Source: Parcubacteria group bacterium (GTDB taxonomy: Bacteria > Patescibacteriota > Minisyncoccia > Portnoybacterales > UBA2143). From it: a stretch of DNA of 41,348 nt. The translations under genes were made by a program, and so were the position numbers. Below the pieces are notes generated by a model. The model had not been told where the DNA came from, made no database searches, and worked only from the letters and a program-made list of their open reading frames with translations. Below are positions 36,758-41,348 of this stretch, piece by piece. The DNA lies in NCBI GenBank assembly GCA_013203625.1, contig JABMPX010000007.1:1-41348 (forward strand), read 5' to 3'. The stretch's first letter is position 1, and each line of letters begins with the position of its first letter.

Positions 36758-37927
36758 ATGATTAGTAAAGATCTATTGACTAGTGTTTTAGATTGGCCAG
36801 AAGAGAAAATCAATAAAGCTGTTCTTTTTAAAGATAGCTATAGACTGATAAACAGAAAGAAGAAAGATGGTTCTTTAAGAAAGATATATGCTCCTCATCC
36901 AGACTTGAAAAGATTCCAGAGAAGATTTCTTAAATATTTTCTCTACCGAATACCACTTATTTCATCTCTTCCCATTAATGGTTTTAGACCTAAATTTTCT
37001 TATATTGATAATACTAAGGAGCATGCTCAAAAAAATGTCAGGTTTGTTTTACGGTTAGATTTCAGAGATGCTTTTCCTTCGGTTAAAATAGAATACCTTA
37101 GAATTATTCTTAAAAAAGTTTTATTTTTAGAAGTGAAGGGGTATATGGAAAAGAATTACAGACAAAGGCCTTTATTTCCAAATAAGAGAGTTCAATGGTT
37201 TCGAAAATTGCTTAGAGATTTACCCCAGCTCAATCTATTTTCTGTTGACCCTTTAAAAATATTAGATGAGTTTGTTGAGCTGATTCTCCCACTGATTACT
37301 TATCAAGGGAAACTTCCTCAAGGAGCTTCCACCTCGCCTTGTCTTCTTAATATTGTTCTTTGTTATTCAGGTCTTTTAGAAAAAATCTATCAATTTCTCT
37401 GGGATAATAGAATTTTGTTTTCTGAAAATGATGTATCTATGGTTAATTCTACCATCTATGCTGATGATTTAACGATTTCTTCTTCAGAGCCGATTTCTCG
37501 AAGCTCGATTAATCAGTTGATTGATTTAATTGAACAAGAATCGCCTTTTAAAATTAATCGGCAAAAGATTTCTTATTTTAATCGAGCACGGATTGCCCCT
37601 TTAGTCACTGGTCTTCGTATAGTTAGATTAGTTAAGGAAGAAATAGAATTAGAAAATTTCTTATCAAATAAAGACTTGACTTACAAGCAGAAGAAAAACA
37701 TTCTCCGGAGAACGCTCAATAAAAAAGGGAAATGGATTATTACTTCAGTTAGCTTGCCTAAGAAGCAAATCAGAAGAATTCGCGGATTAATTTACAGGGC
37801 TATATCTGAAAAGGCGCTTGCTCCAATTATAGACGGCCATATGGCTAATCTCAAAGCTATCTATGGCCAGAACCTTCCTAATCAAATAATGGTTCCTTAT
37901 AAAAAATATCTAATAACAGAGGGCTAG
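36758..37927 (+). CDS. Retron-type reverse transcriptase
   Basis: KKDGSLRKI, NTKEH (NAxxH-like region X), LDFRDAFPS, LPQGASTSP, YADD, VTG (region Y). SD AAGGAGG. Confidence 0.93.
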   Translation: MISKDLLTSVLDWPEEKINKAVLFKDSYRLINRKKKDGSLRKIYAPHPDLKRFQRRFLKYFLYRIPLISSLPINGFRPKFSYIDNTKEHAQKNVRFVLRLDFRDAFPSVKIEYLRIILKKVLFLEVKGYMEKNYRQRPLFPNKRVQWFRKLLRDLPQLNLFSVDPLKILDEFVELILPLITYQGKLPQGASTSPCLLNIVLCYSGLLEKIYQFLWDNRILFSENDVSMVNSTIYADDLTISSSEPISRSSINQLIDLIEQESPFKINRQKISYFNRARIAPLVTGLRIVRLVKEEIELENFLSNKDLTYKQKKNILRRTLNKKGKWIITSVSLPKKQIRRIRGLIYRAISEKALAPIIDGHMANLKAIYGQNLPNQIMVPYKKYLITEG

Positions 37928-37948
37928 GAGATAATCTCCCAGCCCTTT
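37920..37948 (+). terminator. Hairpin at the RT stop codon, probable terminator
   Basis: AGGGCT-A-GGAGA / TCTCC-C-AGCCCT followed by a short T-run. Confidence 0.6.
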
Positions 37949-37999
37949 AAAATTGACCAAATCTAGCTAGTAAAGTATTATTAAAGCAGAGGGCTTAAA

Positions 38000-38404
38000 A
38001 TGAAAATAACAATCTCCACCAAAGGACATAATGATATTATTGACATTACTGATAAAGTAGCTGAAAAAGTCAAAGAATCCAAAGTTGAACAGGGGATTGT
38101 TTTAGTATTTGTGCCACATCAAACCTGCGCTATTAGTGTTTTAGAATATGAACCCGGCCTAATACAAGACCTTAAAGATTTGCTTAATAAAATAGCCCCG
38201 CTCAAAGGGGATTATGAGCATAATAAGGCATGGGGTGATGGCAATGGAGCAGCGCATTTATTAGCTTCTTTAATCAAGCCTGATTTAACAGTTCCTTTGG
38301 AAAATAATCATCTTATTCTTGGAACCTGGCAAAAAATCATTCTGCTTGATTTTGACAACCGTGCCTGCGAAAGAGAAGTAAATATTACAATTATTGCGAA
38401 TTAA
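38000..38404 (+). CDS. yjbQ: YjbQ/UPF0047 family protein
   Basis: DIT, PHQTCAI, EYEPGL, YEHN...GDGNGAAH, LGTWQ. Confidence 0.9.
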   Translation: MKITISTKGHNDIIDITDKVAEKVKESKVEQGIVLVFVPHQTCAISVLEYEPGLIQDLKDLLNKIAPLKGDYEHNKAWGDGNGAAHLLASLIKPDLTVPLENNHLILGTWQKIILLDFDNRACEREVNITIIAN

Positions 38405-38407
38405 AAA

Positions 38408-38974
38408 ATGAACTACAAAAACTATATTTATTCTTTTCGGTATTTTATTCTAGTATCTTTGCTTATTTTTTCTTTTTCCATAATCTACGGCTGTATAACG
38501 GCCCAAGTCTCGCCTGAGCAAACAAAGGCAATTATAGAGGAATTTAAGGATGTTTATAAGCCAATTTTACAAGCTTCTCCTTTTGTCCAATTCTTGCTTG
38601 TTTTTTTGAATAATGCCTTTGCTGCATTTTTAGTTATTGTTTTATCCATTATCTTCGGCATTGTTCCTGTTTTGGCCTTGGTTTCTAATGGTTTTCTTTT
38701 AGGAATCTTTGCTTTTCTCTGGACACAGGAATTTTCTCTATTTACGTTTTTTAAAGGAATTCTGCCTCATGGGATTATAGAAATTCCTGTTTTAATTGTT
38801 GCTTCAGCTATTGGATTAAAAATTGGATATATTGTTTTTATAAGAGTTTTTAGAAAACAAGGTGAAATAAAGCTGGAAATTATTAATGGTCTTAATTTTT
38901 TCATTAGAATTCTTCTGCCTTTAATTCTGATTGCCGCTGCCATTGAAATCTTTATCACTCCATTATTTTTTTAA
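38408..38974 (+). CDS. SpoIIM-family membrane protein
   Basis: FLNN, NG..LG, LPHGIIEIP, AAAIE..TP. Confidence 0.9.
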   Translation: MNYKNYIYSFRYFILVSLLIFSFSIIYGCITAQVSPEQTKAIIEEFKDVYKPILQASPFVQFLLVFLNNAFAAFLVIVLSIIFGIVPVLALVSNGFLLGIFAFLWTQEFSLFTFFKGILPHGIIEIPVLIVASAIGLKIGYIVFIRVFRKQGEIKLEIINGLNFFIRILLPLILIAAAIEIFITPLFF

Positions 38975-38980
38975 TAAAAT

Positions 38981-39598
38981 ATGACTATTCAAATAATAAA
39001 AAATAAAAGCAATTTGCCAGACAATGAGATGGGAAGAATAATGGCAGAATATGAATTAAAGCTTGAAATTCCAAAAGAAAAGTTGGAAAGACAGATTATG
39101 ATTTGTCCAGTTGGAATTATTGGGGCAGGCAAGACAACAGTAATTAAGTCATTAAGCAAGAAATTGAATTTATTATGCATTTCTACTGATGGAATCAGAG
39201 AATTATTAAAAGAAAATAATTACGATTATGAGAGAGCCAAAGAAATAGCAGTTAGGTTGGCTGAAAAGTATATTAAGAAAAATTTTAGCATTGGATTAAA
39301 TACAGATTGCGTATCAGAAGAATCGCAAAGATATATCAGACAATTTAAGGATAAATACAATGTTAAAGTTTTTTGGATTCATATTAATCCTCCAGAGGAA
39401 TTTATTATTAATAAGTTACGGAATTATAAACATACTTGGCTGTTTAAAAATGCTGAACATGCAGTAGGGGCTTATAAAAGAAGAAAAGCGGCTCATAAAA
39501 ATCTGAATTTTCCTTTTATTTATACTTTTGACCCATCTCGCGATGATTTAGAAAATCAGATTGACGAAGTTATTTCTATTATTAAAAAAAATAAATAA
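38981..39598 (+). CDS. P-loop kinase-like (AAA_33) protein
   Basis: Walker A GIIGAGKTT, ISTDGIR. Confidence 0.8.
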   Translation: MTIQIIKNKSNLPDNEMGRIMAEYELKLEIPKEKLERQIMICPVGIIGAGKTTVIKSLSKKLNLLCISTDGIRELLKENNYDYERAKEIAVRLAEKYIKKNFSIGLNTDCVSEESQRYIRQFKDKYNVKVFWIHINPPEEFIINKLRNYKHTWLFKNAEHAVGAYKRRKAAHKNLNFPFIYTFDPSRDDLENQIDEVISIIKKNK

Positions 39599-39720
39599 AA
39601 AAGAGGACGATGCCTTTGGATAAAATCTCACGTAGTTTTTTATTGTATTGACAATAAGCATGCTTTTATGGCATACTTGTTTTAGTTCTTAAATAAAAAC
39701 ATTTTAAAAGGAGGATGAAA

Positions 39721-40290
39721 ATGGAAGAACAAAAAGTTATTTTTTTGAAAGGAAGGAAATCAGTTCTCCGTCCACTTAACAAAGAAACAGATTTGCAATC
39801 TTGTTTGCGCTGGATTAATGATCAGGATGTTATCCAATATGTAAGCGCGTATCTGCCAAGTTCAACACAGGACGAAGAAGAATGGTTTAATAATCTGCAG
39901 AAAAGAAAAGAAGACATTGTGCTGGGGATTGAGACATTAGTCGGAGAGTTTATTGGGGTAACTGGGTTGCATAATATCAATTGGAAAGACAGAACTGCTT
40001 CTCATGGAGTTATTGTCGGAGAAAAAAAGTATTGGGGCAGAGGTTATGGCACAGACGCTAATATGGTTTTACTCGATTATGCTTTTAATACTCTTAATCT
40101 TCGTAGAATCTATTCTAGTGTAATTGCCTTTAACGAAAGAAGTTTGCAGTACCATCTTACCTGCGGATATCAAATTGAGGGAGTACAGCGCAAGCAAGCA
40201 TATAAAAAAGGGAAATATTGGGATGTAATCTTCCTTGGTGTTTTTGAAGAAGAATGGTTACTTGCTTCTGGGGAATACCAAAAAAAGTAA
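39721..40290 (+). CDS. RimJ/RimL-type GNAT N-acetyltransferase
   Basis: YWGRGYG, NLRRI, FNERS, GYQIEG. SD spacing favours ATG 39721. Confidence 0.9.
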   Translation: MEEQKVIFLKGRKSVLRPLNKETDLQSCLRWINDQDVIQYVSAYLPSSTQDEEEWFNNLQKRKEDIVLGIETLVGEFIGVTGLHNINWKDRTASHGVIVGEKKYWGRGYGTDANMVLLDYAFNTLNLRRIYSSVIAFNERSLQYHLTCGYQIEGVQRKQAYKKGKYWDVIFLGVFEEEWLLASGEYQKK

Positions 40291-40306
40291 ATAATTTTCA
40301 GCAATT

Positions 40307-40344
40307 AAGCTGGCGCAACGAAAAGAAACACGCGCCAGCTTTTT
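40307..40344 (+). terminator. Intrinsic terminator
   Basis: AAGCTGGCGC / GCGCCAGCTT followed by a T-run. Confidence 0.8.
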
Positions 40345-40537
40345 AATTGACCAAATACAGCTAAAAAGGTATTATTAAAGTAAGAATTTATGACTCAAGA
40401 GGCTTGTCCTTGAAAAAAGATAAGAGGTTTGACATTGAGAGTAGCGACATTACGCCAGAGGCGGAAGGTCACGCTCGAAAGGTCGAACCTTGATTATTAA
40501 ATCTATGCCTAAAAAACTCAAAATCAGCGATATTCAC

Positions 40538-40585
40538 TTGACACAGGTATAATATAGGTATAATATAGGTATAATTATACCTATA
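40538..40585 (+). promoter_or_regulatory. Fic gene promoter with a repeated operator-like motif
   Basis: TTGACA at 40538. AGGTATAAT x3 at 11-bp period. Perfect 22-bp palindrome TATAGGTATAATTATACCTATA (40564-40585). Confidence 0.75.
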
Positions 40586-40595
40586 ATGATTAAAT

Positions 40596-41348
40596 ATGAT
40601 TTATAAACTAGAAAAACCAGATTTGTCAAAAATTAATAGAAATAGGGCAATTAGGCTCGTTTTAAATAGAGAAAAACAAAGCATTTCAACTCTATTTAAT
40701 AAATCCTTTAGTCCTATTTATTTGTATTGGGATAAAATAAAATACAAAACACTACCTAAGAATATTTCTAAGGAAGAATTTTGGTATGCGATTAAATTTA
40801 TAAGACGCGCTCAACACTTAAAAACAGTTATTAAAAATGAAAATGGAGATTATTTTAAATGGTTGAGATTGCCTGATTTAGAACAGTTTCTTCATGAAGC
40901 AGATCTAAATACAGGAGGAGCTCTTTTTGGCTTTACAAAATCAATAGATGAGAAAACAAAGTATAAATTTATTTCAAGAGGAATAATAGAAGAAGCCATA
41001 GCTTCATCTCAATTAGAAGGAGCTAATACTACTCGTAGAGTTGCTAAACAGATGTTGAGAGAAAGAAGAAAACCAAGAACAGATGATGAACAAATGATTC
41101 TTAATAATTATATAGCTATGCAGGCCATTGAAGAAGAGTATAAAAACCAGAAAATTAGTTTAGATTTGCTTTTTGAATTACATAGATTAATTGCTAAAGA
41201 TACTATTAAAGAAGATGAGGTTGGGAGATTTAGAAAAGATAGTGAAGATATAGTAGTTGCAAATTCAGACAAAAGCGGAAAAATTTATCATATTCCTCCA
41301 AAAGCTGCTTTTATTAAAAAAGAAATTCAGGATTTTATTCAATTTGCA
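40596..41348 (+). CDS. Fic-family protein, 3'-truncated by the window
   Basis: Open from ATG 40596 to the window end. YLYWDKIKY, EEAIASSQLEGANTT (SxxxEG inhibitory motif), ELH, GRFR, HIPP. The catalytic HPF motif lies beyond the window. Confidence 0.85.
   Translation, partial: MIYKLEKPDLSKINRNRAIRLVLNREKQSISTLFNKSFSPIYLYWDKIKYKTLPKNISKEEFWYAIKFIRRAQHLKTVIKNENGDYFKWLRLPDLEQFLHEADLNTGGALFGFTKSIDEKTKYKFISRGIIEEAIASSQLEGANTTRRVAKQMLRERRKPRTDDEQMILNNYIAMQAIEEEYKNQKISLDLLFELHRLIAKDTIKEDEVGRFRKDSEDIVVANSDKSGKIYHIPPKAAFIKKEIQDFIQFA

Noticed and set aside
36758..37927. Group II intron or diversity-generating retroelement RT
   Set aside because: No maturase/endonuclease domains or domain V hairpin, and no TR/VR pair or avd-like gene. 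VTG and NxxxH motifs point to the retron clade.
1575..39180. Short antisense or alternative-frame ORFs inside established genes (e.g. 1575..1760, 6855..7049, 10322..10597, 13428..13721, 21069..21332, 29998..30195, 31721..31990, 33963..34193, 38767..38958)
   Set aside because: They lie wholly or mostly within well-supported genes and lack initiation signals and motifs, so they are shadow ORFs.
40505..40552. Metallophosphoesterase remnant (MPKKLKISDIH)
   Set aside because: Only 15 codons, and it overlaps the Fic promoter. The motif match is too short to support.

Overview
AT-rich bacterial chromosome segment using genetic code 11. The gene content suggests a Patescibacteria/Parcubacteria (CPR) genome, which is an inference: cupin-type GPI, split transketolase, a PfkB kinase, a group 3b-like [NiFe] hydrogenase and largely SD-less genes. 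The housekeeping backbone is tgt, cysS, a D-2-hydroxyacid dehydrogenase, rnhB, an amidohydrolase, dsbA, the hydrogenase operon with hypC, the trxB-grx-gap-rpiB-rpe-tkt-pfkB-fba-ferredoxin cluster, rplY, rnj, tRNA-Leu(CAG), GPI and secG. Several accessory or unannotated elements are embedded in it. (1) A radical SAM/SPASM gene is followed by an unannotated 46-aa Trp/His-containing peptide (...SPWDKGHWANRQ), a candidate cyclophane-type RiPP system, next to a HExxH protein and an ABC exporter broken by one TGA. (2) A retron-type reverse transcriptase has a compact msr/msd-like RNA and no evident effector; upstream are a second, separately promoted rod-shaped ~110-nt ncRNA (6S-like candidate) and a tandem/inverted repeat cluster. 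(3) RNase HII carries both a LAGLIDADG intein in its catalytic motif and an in-frame palindromic element. (4) A leader-peptide attenuator controls a 36-aa acidic ORF. (5) Two gene blocks are bracketed by duplications of local sequence. (6) Many promoters imply leaderless mRNAs. All calls come from reading the sequence by eye; no database searches or folding computations were run.
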